Assembly: GCA_964403835.1 (NCBI GenBank)
Contig: CAYOHR010000001.1
Coordinates: 5,862-69,861 of the forward strand
Length of the DNA stretch: 64,000 bases
From: an uncultured Flavobacteriales bacterium
GTDB taxonomy: Bacteria; Bacteroidota; Bacteroidia; Flavobacteriales_G; JALEGO01
Direction: 5' to 3'
Part shown: one piece after another, positions 38,785-46,971 of the stretch
Layout of the letters: every line of letters begins with the position of its first letter
How positions within the stretch are numbered: the stretch's first letter is position 1
The notes under the pieces: model-generated
Told to the model about the DNA's origin: nothing
Seen by the model: only the letters and a program-made list of their open reading frames with translations
Database searches by the model: none
Program-made: the position numbers and the translations under genes

Positions 38785-39300
38785 ATGAAGTCGAAAGTTA
38801 AAAGTCAAAAGTTGAAAGTCTTTTTCAGTTGGGGATTGGGATTGCTAATTTTCTTTATTTCAGCCTGTTCATCCAATGGAGGGGGTAAAATACCTGCTTT
38901 TAGCACAAAAACGATAGACGAAAAATCTATTAGTAACGAATCGCTCAAAGGAAAAATAGTTGTTTTAAATATTTGGGCAAGCTGGTGCGGGCCTTGCCTA
39001 AAGGAAATTCCGGAATTAAATGAATTGGTTGATTTATATGCCACCGATACCAATGTTGTTTTTATAGCCATGACCGATGATAAACCCGAAACGGTAAAAG
39101 CTTTTTTAGAAACACATCCTTTTAAATATCAACACATTTCCGAAACCAAATCTTTCTTAAAACAATTTAGCAAAACCTTAATTTTCTCATATCCACAAAG
39201 CTTTGTCATTGACAAACAAGGGAATATTATTTTTGAATCAGCAGGAACATCCAACACCTTAAAAACAGAATTGCAACAAAAAATTGAATCAGCAAAATAA
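38785..39300 (+). CDS. TlpA/AhpC-type thioredoxin-fold lipoprotein
   Basis: Lipobox FFISACSS. WASWCGPC active site. 171 aa. Confidence 0.85.
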   Translation: MKSKVKSQKLKVFFSWGLGLLIFFISACSSNGGGKIPAFSTKTIDEKSISNESLKGKIVVLNIWASWCGPCLKEIPELNELVDLYATDTNVVFIAMTDDKPETVKAFLETHPFKYQHISETKSFLKQFSKTLIFSYPQSFVIDKQGNIIFESAGTSNTLKTELQQKIESAK

Positions 39301-39302
39301 CT

Positions 39303-40187
39303 ATGAAAACAATTACTGAACGTTTAGAAATACTAAAAACATACAAATTATATATTGATGGGCAATTTCCCCGAACAGAATCGGGTCGGTATTATTCTCC
39401 CAAAAATAAAGAAGGGGTTGCTTTAGGAAACATCTGTCTTTCATCGCGCAAAGATTTTAGAAATGCCGTAGTGGCTGCTCGCAAAGCGCAAGGTTCGTGG
39501 GCAAGTAAAACCGCCTATAACCGCAGTCAAATTATTTATCGCATAGCGGAAATGCTCGAAACCCGAAAAGCCCAGTTTATTGAAGAGTTAACTCTTATGG
39601 GATTTTCTAAAAAAGAAGCCGAGCAAGAAGTTATTAAAACCATTGATTTAATTGTGTATTACTCAGGCTGGGCCGATAAATATCAGCAAGTATTTAGCTC
39701 CGTAAACCCCGTAGCAGGTTCTTTTTTCAATTTCTCGGTATATGAACCAACCGGAGTGGTTGCAGCGATATCAACCGAAGAGTCTCCTTTATTTGATTTA
39801 ATATCTATCATTATACCCTGCATATTAGGCGGAAATTCCATCATTATCCTTGCTTCTGAAAGCCTTCCTTTATGCGCTGTTACCTTTGGTGAAGTTTTAA
39901 ATTCATCTGATTTACCAGGCGGCGTAGTTAATATTTTAACGGGTAATCGCAAAGAATTACTAGAACATTTTTCGAACCACATGGATGTAAACGCTATTGT
40001 GTATGCGGGAAATGAAATTGATGAGATTACAAAAATAAAAGAAGTAGCGGGCATGAATTTAAAAAGAGTCATTAATTATTACAAAAAGTTTAAAGAAGGC
40101 TCTCCCTATTTTATTTTAGATACTCAAGAGGTTAAAACAACCTGGCATCCGATTGAAAACATAGGTACTTCCGGAGGAAAGTATTAA
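39303..40187 (+). CDS. ALDH-like protein lacking the catalytic domain (294 aa)
   Basis: The N-terminal two thirds are clearly homologous to ALDHs (YKLYIDGQF..., YYSGWADKY versus YYAGWADKL upstream). STEESP replaces PWNFP, NLKRV replaces ELGGK, and the ORF ends ~45 aa later with no Cys-containing catalytic domain. Confidence 0.75.
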   Translation: MKTITERLEILKTYKLYIDGQFPRTESGRYYSPKNKEGVALGNICLSSRKDFRNAVVAARKAQGSWASKTAYNRSQIIYRIAEMLETRKAQFIEELTLMGFSKKEAEQEVIKTIDLIVYYSGWADKYQQVFSSVNPVAGSFFNFSVYEPTGVVAAISTEESPLFDLISIIIPCILGGNSIIILASESLPLCAVTFGEVLNSSDLPGGVVNILTGNRKELLEHFSNHMDVNAIVYAGNEIDEITKIKEVAGMNLKRVINYYKKFKEGSPYFILDTQEVKTTWHPIENIGTSGGKY

Positions 40188-40195
40188 TTGTAAAC

Positions 40196-40597
40196 ATGCG
40201 TAATTACGTAATTCTTATATGCCTAATTTTACTTGCATCCAGTTGCCGGGTGAAAAAAGATGGTGGCATTTTTGGAGCGAAGCAAGAAAATTTTGATGAA
40301 TTTAATGCTCGTTTTCACAAAGATTTGGCTTTTCAGTTGGAACGTATTGCTTTTCCAATAGGCGGAAAATCCATTGACGGAGCTAAACAACACGACTGGA
40401 ACGCAAAAAACTGGAAAATGCTAAAAACTCCGGTGCTCGAAAAAAGCGAAATGAAAGAATATAAACACAGCCTTCAAAAAACCGATGATTTAGTGGTTGA
40501 AAAATACTGGATTGACAACAGCGAATTTAAGGTAGAAAGGCAGTTCAAGCGCATAAAACGCAAATGGTTTTTGACCTATTATAACGATGTAAATTAA
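40196..40597 (+). CDS. Small lipoprotein (DUF4348-like)
   Basis: Lipobox LLASSC. FDEFNARFHKDLAFQLERIAFPI resembles the DUF4348 N-terminal signature (from memory). Confidence 0.55.
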   Translation: MRNYVILICLILLASSCRVKKDGGIFGAKQENFDEFNARFHKDLAFQLERIAFPIGGKSIDGAKQHDWNAKNWKMLKTPVLEKSEMKEYKHSLQKTDDLVVEKYWIDNSEFKVERQFKRIKRKWFLTYYNDVN

Positions 40598-40843
40598 TTG
40601 GTTTTAAATCCCAAAAGAAAATGATTAGAAGTCTCGTTTTTCGGTCCTTTTTATCAAGTTTATTAATTTTTGAATAATCTTAACGGTATGAATCGGCATT
40701 ATTTCTTTTTCATCTAGGAAAAAGATAAAATGTCATTTTTTAAAACATTGATTTACAATTATTTAAATTCTATTTACTTAAGAGAAAAAAGGACAGAAGC
40801 CAATTCAGAAATGTGCTCTTCCCATGCGGCTTGAAGCACTTAC

Positions 40844-41725
40844 TTAATTCCTTTTATCCGCACCCCAATTCAGCTTATTTCTTAGGGTTGTGAGGTAAGA
40901 ATGACCGGGTAAACGCACCAAATACACTTGATGCGGATGTTTTTTTACAATAAGCTCCGTATTTGGTTTTATAATGGATGTTCGCGAATCGAGAGTAGCT
41001 AAAAATGAATCGGCCCGGCCTTCCACTTTTATCCGCAAAACTCCGGTATCCGCAATTACTAACGGGCGAACATTTAAATTATGCGGAGCAATAGGGGTTA
41101 TAATTAAATTGTTTGAATCAGGCATTACGATAGGCCCTCCTCCACTTAAAGAATATGCCGTAGAACCTGTTGGGGTCGAAACAATTAATCCATCGGACCA
41201 ATAAGTATTTAAATACTCATCATTTAAATACACCGTGGTCATAATCATGGAAGAAGTATCGCGCTTTGAGACCGCCAGTTCATTTAATGCAAAATTTTCA
41301 TTCCCAAACAATTTATCCTTGGTTTTTAACTCTAATAAAGACCGTTTATCAATCACATAATCAATATTTATGATATCATCAATACTTTCCTCTACTTCAT
41401 CAATAGAAATGCTCGAAAGAAACCCTAAACGCCCCGTATTAATCCCTAAAATGGGTATTTTACTGCCCATAACCATAGCGGCAGCCTGTAATATGGTCCC
41501 ATCGCCCCCAATACTTACTACAACTTTCGGATTTAAATCCTTTAATTCTTGTGATGTATTAAAAATAGTTACTTCCGGAATTTGAATATTACAAGTTTTA
41601 AAAAACTCGGCAAAAGGTTCAAATATTGAAATTTGGACGTTTAATTCAACTAATTTTTCAATGAGTAAGCGAATTCGATCAATGTACTCGTCCGAAAAAT
41701 TTTTTCCAAATAAGGCTATTTTCAT
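40844..41725 (-). CDS. nadK: NAD kinase
   Basis: SIGGDGTILQAA motif, NxGxLGFL (NTGRLGFLS), TPTGSTAYSLSGGGPI. 293 aa. Confidence 0.95.
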   Translation of the reverse strand: MKIALFGKNFSDEYIDRIRLLIEKLVELNVQISIFEPFAEFFKTCNIQIPEVTIFNTSQELKDLNPKVVVSIGGDGTILQAAAMVMGSKIPILGINTGRLGFLSSISIDEVEESIDDIINIDYVIDKRSLLELKTKDKLFGNENFALNELAVSKRDTSSMIMTTVYLNDEYLNTYWSDGLIVSTPTGSTAYSLSGGGPIVMPDSNNLIITPIAPHNLNVRPLVIADTGVLRIKVEGRADSFLATLDSRTSIIKPNTELIVKKHPHQVYLVRLPGHSYLTTLRNKLNWGADKRN

Positions 41726-42438
41726 AAATTCAAATAATTCATAAATTCACCAAACCGATTTTTCATATTCTCTTCGTATTGTTTGTTATCAAACGTGGCA
41801 GAAATTGAATACCCATATCGCTCAAAGGTTTGTATAATAGCTCCTAAATCATATTTATTTACCTTAATAGTAACCTCCATTTGGCTTGAATTGTCGTCAG
41901 CAATAATATATGAACCCAATATTTGAGCCCCATCTGATTCAATAATATTTGCAATTTGAGTCATGGAATACTTGTGTTGATTCATTTGCAAGCTAATAAT
42001 TCCGCCATAATCTTTAAAGAAAGAAATTTCCATTAGCCCCTTAAAAAGCGAAATATAACTTACACATCCTTTATACTGTTCTTCCCCATCAACAATAGGA
42101 ATTACGGAAAGATTCGATTGAGAAAAAATGCGAATAACATCTAAAAAATGTTGATCTGTCTTAAAAGAAGTAAGATCTGATGCAATAGCTAGCTCACTAA
42201 TCAACGCAGAAGCATTGTTAGAATCAATTAAATCGGTTTCGGACACATTTCCCAAAAACTTACCTTGCTCATTGACCAAAGGCAAATGATAGACCTTAAA
42301 TTCATCCATCCAGTCAATGCCACGTTGAACCGTATCGGTTGTTTTTAAAGGGGGAATATCCGTATTTATAATAGATAAAGGCACGTCTTTATTAATAAAT
42401 TGCTTAACTTGGTAAATGTAGAAAAATAATGTGTTCAT
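41722..42438 (-). CDS. CBS-domain pair protein
   Basis: Two CBS-like modules (HLPLVNEQGKFLGNVSETDLI; IPIVDGEEQYKGCVS). Its stop overlaps the nadK start (ATGA). The ATG at 42438 is preferred over the longer track ORF. Confidence 0.75.
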   Translation of the reverse strand: MNTLFFYIYQVKQFINKDVPLSIINTDIPPLKTTDTVQRGIDWMDEFKVYHLPLVNEQGKFLGNVSETDLIDSNNASALISELAIASDLTSFKTDQHFLDVIRIFSQSNLSVIPIVDGEEQYKGCVSYISLFKGLMEISFFKDYGGIISLQMNQHKYSMTQIANIIESDGAQILGSYIIADDNSSQMEVTIKVNKYDLGAIIQTFERYGYSISATFDNKQYEENMKNRFGEFMNYLNL

Positions 42439-43153
42439 GCCAAAATTAAGTGTTAATATCAATAAAATTGCTACTATTCGAAATGCACGCGGAGGAAATA
42501 TCCCTAACGTACAAAAAGCAGCTATAGATATACAAAAATTTGGTGCTGAGGGAATTACAGTACATCCACGCCCAGATCAGCGCCATATTACCTATCAAGA
42601 TGTGCGTTTGTTAAAACCATTAGTATATACCGAATTTAATATAGAAGGGTATCCCAACGAAGATTTTTTAAATTTAGTTTTTGAAGTACAGCCCCAGCAA
42701 GTAACCTTTGTACCCGATCCGCCAAATGTATTAACATCCAATGCAGGTTGGGACACCATTGCTCATTTTCAGCTCTTAAAAGAAGTAACCGATGAATGCA
42801 AAAAAAGAAATATCCGAGTTTCCTTTTTTATAGAAAATAATTTGAAATTTATCGAATCAGCCAAAAAAGCAGGCGCTGATCGAATTGAATTATACACCGA
42901 AGAATACGCAAAAAAATATACCGAAGATAAAAAAGCAGCCATACATCCTTACTTAGAATCGGCTAATTACGCCAAAAAAATCGGTTTAGGCGTGAATGCC
43001 GGCCACGATTTAAATTTAGAAAATTTGAGGTTTTTTATTGAAACCATTCCCTTTATTGACGAGGTTTCTATAGGACATGCTTTAATTTCTGATGCCTTGT
43101 ATTATGGCTTGCAAAACATTGTGCCCATGTACAAAGGAAAAATGATCCTGTAA
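42437..43153 (+). CDS. pdxJ: Pyridoxine 5'-phosphate synthase
   Basis: MPKLSVNINKIATIRNARGGNIPNV..., HPRPDQRHI, NAGHDLN. The ATG at 42437 is preferred over the GTG at 42431. Confidence 0.95.
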   Translation: MPKLSVNINKIATIRNARGGNIPNVQKAAIDIQKFGAEGITVHPRPDQRHITYQDVRLLKPLVYTEFNIEGYPNEDFLNLVFEVQPQQVTFVPDPPNVLTSNAGWDTIAHFQLLKEVTDECKKRNIRVSFFIENNLKFIESAKKAGADRIELYTEEYAKKYTEDKKAAIHPYLESANYAKKIGLGVNAGHDLNLENLRFFIETIPFIDEVSIGHALISDALYYGLQNIVPMYKGKMIL

Positions 43154-43184
43154 AATGAAAAAGAATCCATGATTGCCATTCCAA

Positions 43185-43213
43185 CTTTAGGAGGAATCTA
43201 ATTTCTCCTAAAG
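43185..43213. terminator. Hairpin between convergent pdxJ and the Kunitz gene (possible bidirectional terminator)
   Basis: CTTTAGGAG (43185-43193) and CTCCTAAAG (43205-43213), a perfect 9-bp stem. No clear U-tract on either side. Confidence 0.3.
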
Positions 43214-43247
43214 TCGAGATAACCTATTTATTAGTGGGAGTTTTATG

Positions 43248-43532
43248 TTATTGGCATCCACATTTTTCGCACTCTTCTATGGTATTGAACGGAACTGCAC
43301 CATCACAACCACCCCAAATAAATTCTTTACACTTTTTTTCTGTTTGATCGAAATAAAACTTCGGAAAAGCAGCATTACAATCTCCCGCATCCGGCCTTAA
43401 ATCACATCTTTTATCATTTGGTTTTGTTTCTTCAGTCATTGGCTCGGCACCAGCTTGTTCTTCTGTTTTTGAGCTACTACAACTAACTAAAAAAAGCCCC
43501 ATTCCGCATATAAGTAGTAAACTTTTTTTCAT
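43248..43532 (-). CDS. Lipoprotein with a BPTI/Kunitz-type protease-inhibitor domain
   Basis: Lipobox LFLVSCSS. Cys spacing C-8-C-15-C-7-C-11-C plus F-x-W-G-G-C-x-G...F...EEC, which matches the BPTI pattern C-8-C-15-C-7-C-12-C-3-C. Confidence 0.75.
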   Translation of the reverse strand: MKKSLLLICGMGLFLVSCSSSKTEEQAGAEPMTEETKPNDKRCDLRPDAGDCNAAFPKFYFDQTEKKCKEFIWGGCDGAVPFNTIEECEKCGCQ

Positions 43533-43633
43533 AATATATATTTATAATAACGAACATAGTGATTTTTCTTCAATAAAATAATTTATCTTACGCATTACTT
43601 GATTTTTAAAAAAATTAATCATTTATTCGCTTG

Positions 43634-46093
43634 ATGAATTACTCATTCTTTGATATATCTAAAAATATTGCTTGTAAAAATGTGCATGTTTTTGATAAAT
43701 CACATGCTATCACCAGTGTTTTTATTGATAGTCGCCAAAAAACCGATTTAAGCAATGCACTTTTTTTCGCCATTAAAGGCGTTCGAAACGATGGGCATCA
43801 ATTTATACATGAATTATACAAGAAAGGCTGTAGAAACTTTGTAGTAGAAGAAAAATTAACCCTTAAAAACGCAAATTTTATAGTGGTTCAAAATTCCTTG
43901 GCCGCATTACAAGAATTTGCCACATTTCATCGCAAAAAATTTAAATACCCCGTTATTGCAATAGCCGGAAGTAACGGAAAAACCATAGTAAAAGAGTGGT
44001 TACATGAACTGTTATGGAAAGATTATTACATTGTACGCAGTCCAAAAAGTTATAATTCACAAGTAGGTGTTCCACTTTCTGTTTTGCAAATGGAACCCTC
44101 TCATCAATTGGCTTTCATCGAAGCAGGCATATCAAAGCCGGATGAAATGAAAAAATTAAACAAAATTATTGCCCCTACTGTTGGCATTTTTACCAATATT
44201 GGCCAGGCTCATGACGAGGGATTTTTAGACTTAACACAAAAAATACATGAAAAAGTATTGCTTTTTAAAAACTGTGAAACCGTCCTTTTTTGTGAAGATC
44301 ATCAAGCCATTAAAAAGGAACTCTCTCAACTAAAAGCAAAAAAAATAAGCTGGTCCAAAACCAATAAAAAAGCCCATTTATGGGTATCTAATATAAAAAG
44401 TGAAAACAATAAAACCCATTTATCTGGCGTGTTTAATGGTAAAAATCAAGAAATCATCATTCCGTTTACCGACCTAGCTTCTATTGAAAATTCCATTCAT
44501 TGCTGGTTGTTTTTACTTTGGATGGAATGCCCTGAAAATGACATTAAGGCTCGAATGCTGGAGTTACACCCCATCGAAATGAGACTACAACTCAAAGAGG
44601 GGGTAAACAATTGCCTATTAATTAACGACACATACAACTCCGATATTCATTCGCTTCGCATTGCGCTTGATTTTTTGAGTCAAATGCAAAACAATAAAAA
44701 GAAAAAAATAGTCATCCTTTCCGAAATTCTTCAAAGTGGCAAAACCGAAAAAGAATTAAATACAGAAATTTTAAGCCTGTTAAAGCAACATAAAATTGAT
44801 CAGTTTATAGGCGTAGGTTCAAAATTTAAAAGCAGCCAATTTCGTTTTAAAAAAACCGATTTATTATTTAAAACCACCGCTGATTTACTTCAACATTTAA
44901 AAGCTGCAAACCTTGAAAATGCAGCTGTTTTAATAAAAGGAGCGCGTTTATTTGAATTTGAAAAAATTCTCAAAAAATTAGAAATCCATACCCACGAAAC
45001 TCGCCTCGAAATTGATTTAAAAGCATTGGAGCACAATTATAATTTTTATAAATCGCTGCTTCAACCTAAAACCAAAATGATGGTTATGCTAAAAGCATTT
45101 TCATACGGAAATGGTTCCCACGAAATTGCTCGCATGATGGAATATAACCGGGTCGATTATATTGGAGTTGCTTATACCGACGAAGGAATAGAACTTCGCC
45201 GGTTTGGCATTAAAACTCCCATCATGATTATGAATCCGGAAAGCTATCAATACGATGTTTTATGCGAATTTCAATTAGAACCCGTTATTTATTCTAAAAG
45301 AATTCTGGATGAAATACATGATTATTTGGCAAATCATCCAAAACAAACCCTAAATGCCCACATAGAATTAGATACAGGCATGCATCGGCTAGGTTTTGGC
45401 ATCAATGAAGCCAATTTGGTAGTTAAGACCTTAAAACCCTTAAAACGAGTAAAAATAAAAACCATTTTTTCGCATTTAGCTTCTAGCGAAATGCCAAAAG
45501 ATGACGCTTTTACCAAAAAACAAATCAGTGAATTTAAAAAAGCTGCCAAAAAAATAAATGAAGGTTTAAAAGCAAATGCCTTATTGCACATTTTAAACTC
45601 GTCAGGGATTGAACGTTTTCCGGAAGCACATTTAGATATGGTTCGCTTAGGTATTGGCTTATATGGTGTGAGTACTAATCCCACTATTCAAAACAAACTC
45701 CGGTTAATTGGAAAACTAAAAACATCCATTTCTCAAATAAATAAAATAAAAAAAGGCACCACCGTAGGATATAGCACTCAAAATAAAGTGAATAAAAACT
45801 CAGTAATAGCAACCATTCCGGTTGGATACGCCGATGGAATAAACAGAAAAATGGGGAACGGAGCCGTTTCCTTTTATATTAATGGCATGTTTGCCAAAAC
45901 CGTCGGAAACATCTGCATGGATATGTGCATGCTCGATATTACAGACATTCCGGATGCCCAGGAAGGGGATGAAGTCATTATTTTTGGAGAACAAAACTCA
46001 CCCCACAATTTAGCAAAAGGCATTGAAACTATTTCGTATGAAATATTTACTTCTATATCTAATCGGGTAAAACGCGTGTATTTTAACGAATGA
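43634..46093 (+). CDS. murF/alr: Bifunctional UDP-MurNAc-tripeptide--D-Ala-D-Ala ligase (MurF) / alanine racemase (Alr) fusion
   Basis: N-terminal half has the Mur ligase P-loop IAGSNGKT. C-terminal half has VMLKAFSYGNG (PLP-Lys context) and an Alr C-terminal domain. 819 aa from the ATG at 43634. Confidence 0.9.
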   Translation: MNYSFFDISKNIACKNVHVFDKSHAITSVFIDSRQKTDLSNALFFAIKGVRNDGHQFIHELYKKGCRNFVVEEKLTLKNANFIVVQNSLAALQEFATFHRKKFKYPVIAIAGSNGKTIVKEWLHELLWKDYYIVRSPKSYNSQVGVPLSVLQMEPSHQLAFIEAGISKPDEMKKLNKIIAPTVGIFTNIGQAHDEGFLDLTQKIHEKVLLFKNCETVLFCEDHQAIKKELSQLKAKKISWSKTNKKAHLWVSNIKSENNKTHLSGVFNGKNQEIIIPFTDLASIENSIHCWLFLLWMECPENDIKARMLELHPIEMRLQLKEGVNNCLLINDTYNSDIHSLRIALDFLSQMQNNKKKKIVILSEILQSGKTEKELNTEILSLLKQHKIDQFIGVGSKFKSSQFRFKKTDLLFKTTADLLQHLKAANLENAAVLIKGARLFEFEKILKKLEIHTHETRLEIDLKALEHNYNFYKSLLQPKTKMMVMLKAFSYGNGSHEIARMMEYNRVDYIGVAYTDEGIELRRFGIKTPIMIMNPESYQYDVLCEFQLEPVIYSKRILDEIHDYLANHPKQTLNAHIELDTGMHRLGFGINEANLVVKTLKPLKRVKIKTIFSHLASSEMPKDDAFTKKQISEFKKAAKKINEGLKANALLHILNSSGIERFPEAHLDMVRLGIGLYGVSTNPTIQNKLRLIGKLKTSISQINKIKKGTTVGYSTQNKVNKNSVIATIPVGYADGINRKMGNGAVSFYINGMFAKTVGNICMDMCMLDITDIPDAQEGDEVIIFGEQNSPHNLAKGIETISYEIFTSISNRVKRVYFNE

Positions 46094-46155
46094 AAAATAT
46101 TTAAAGCTCACAAAATTTTGGTTTCATTAATAATTATATTTTTGTCAAAAAAACG

Positions 46156-46905
46156 ATGGATACTTTACTTTCTTTAGACGGCTTAATTGCTCTTTTAACC
46201 TTGGTTGTCATGGAAGTGGTACTAGGCATTGATAATATCATATTCATATCCATTTTTGCAGGAAAATTACCGAAAGAACAACAACCCAAAGCACGCTTTA
46301 TTGGCCTAATGTTAGCTTTACTTTTTCGAATTATTTTACTTATAAGTATCACATGGATTATTAGCATGAAAGAACCCCTCATTAATATCGATTTAACAAG
46401 ATATCATTTTAAAGATGTTGAAGCCCTAAAATTAAGCGTGCGCGACTTAATTTTATTAGCCGGAGGAATTTTCTTAATCGTTAAAACAGTTACCGAAATA
46501 CACCATAAAATTGAAGATAAACCCGAAAAAGAAAAAATAGGCAAAGCGGTGAAAAGTCTTACTCAGGTAGTCATACAAATTGGTTTAATTGATATTGTTT
46601 TTTCATTCGATTCTATTTTAACCGCTATTGGTTTAGTAAATGAAGTTGCCATTATGATTCTTGCAGTTGTTATCTCTATGATTATTATGCTTCTTTTCTC
46701 CAAATACGTAAGCGATTTTATCGAAAAACACCCGACCATAAAAATGTTGGCACTTTCCTTCCTGATTATGATCGGATTTATGTTGGTTGCCGAGGCGTTT
46801 TCAGCATCTTTTAACATCCATTTCCCAAAAGGAACTGTGTACTTTGGAATGGCATTTGCCTTCTTTGTGGAGCTTTTAAATATGCGCGCACGAAAAAAAC
46901 AATAA
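46156..46905 (+). CDS. TerC-family integral membrane protein
   Basis: 249 aa, multi-TM, with LGIDNIIFISIF and FSFDSILTAIG motifs typical of TerC/Alx. Confidence 0.85.
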   Translation: MDTLLSLDGLIALLTLVVMEVVLGIDNIIFISIFAGKLPKEQQPKARFIGLMLALLFRIILLISITWIISMKEPLINIDLTRYHFKDVEALKLSVRDLILLAGGIFLIVKTVTEIHHKIEDKPEKEKIGKAVKSLTQVVIQIGLIDIVFSFDSILTAIGLVNEVAIMILAVVISMIIMLLFSKYVSDFIEKHPTIKMLALSFLIMIGFMLVAEAFSASFNIHFPKGTVYFGMAFAFFVELLNMRARKKQ

Positions 46906-46971
46906 GATCTTTGATGATTTAATGCAACAAAAAGTTAATTTCTGCGTATCACCATTGCTTATAAGATCACT

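Noticed and set aside
40598-40843. 246-bp spacer after the DUF4348-like gene, considered as a possible sRNA/riboswitch because of scattered short inverted repeats (for example GTGCTCTTC...GAAGCAC at 40812-40838)
   Set aside because: The stems are short or imperfect with no adjacent U-tract and no recognisable riboswitch core. This is insufficient evidence to call a feature.
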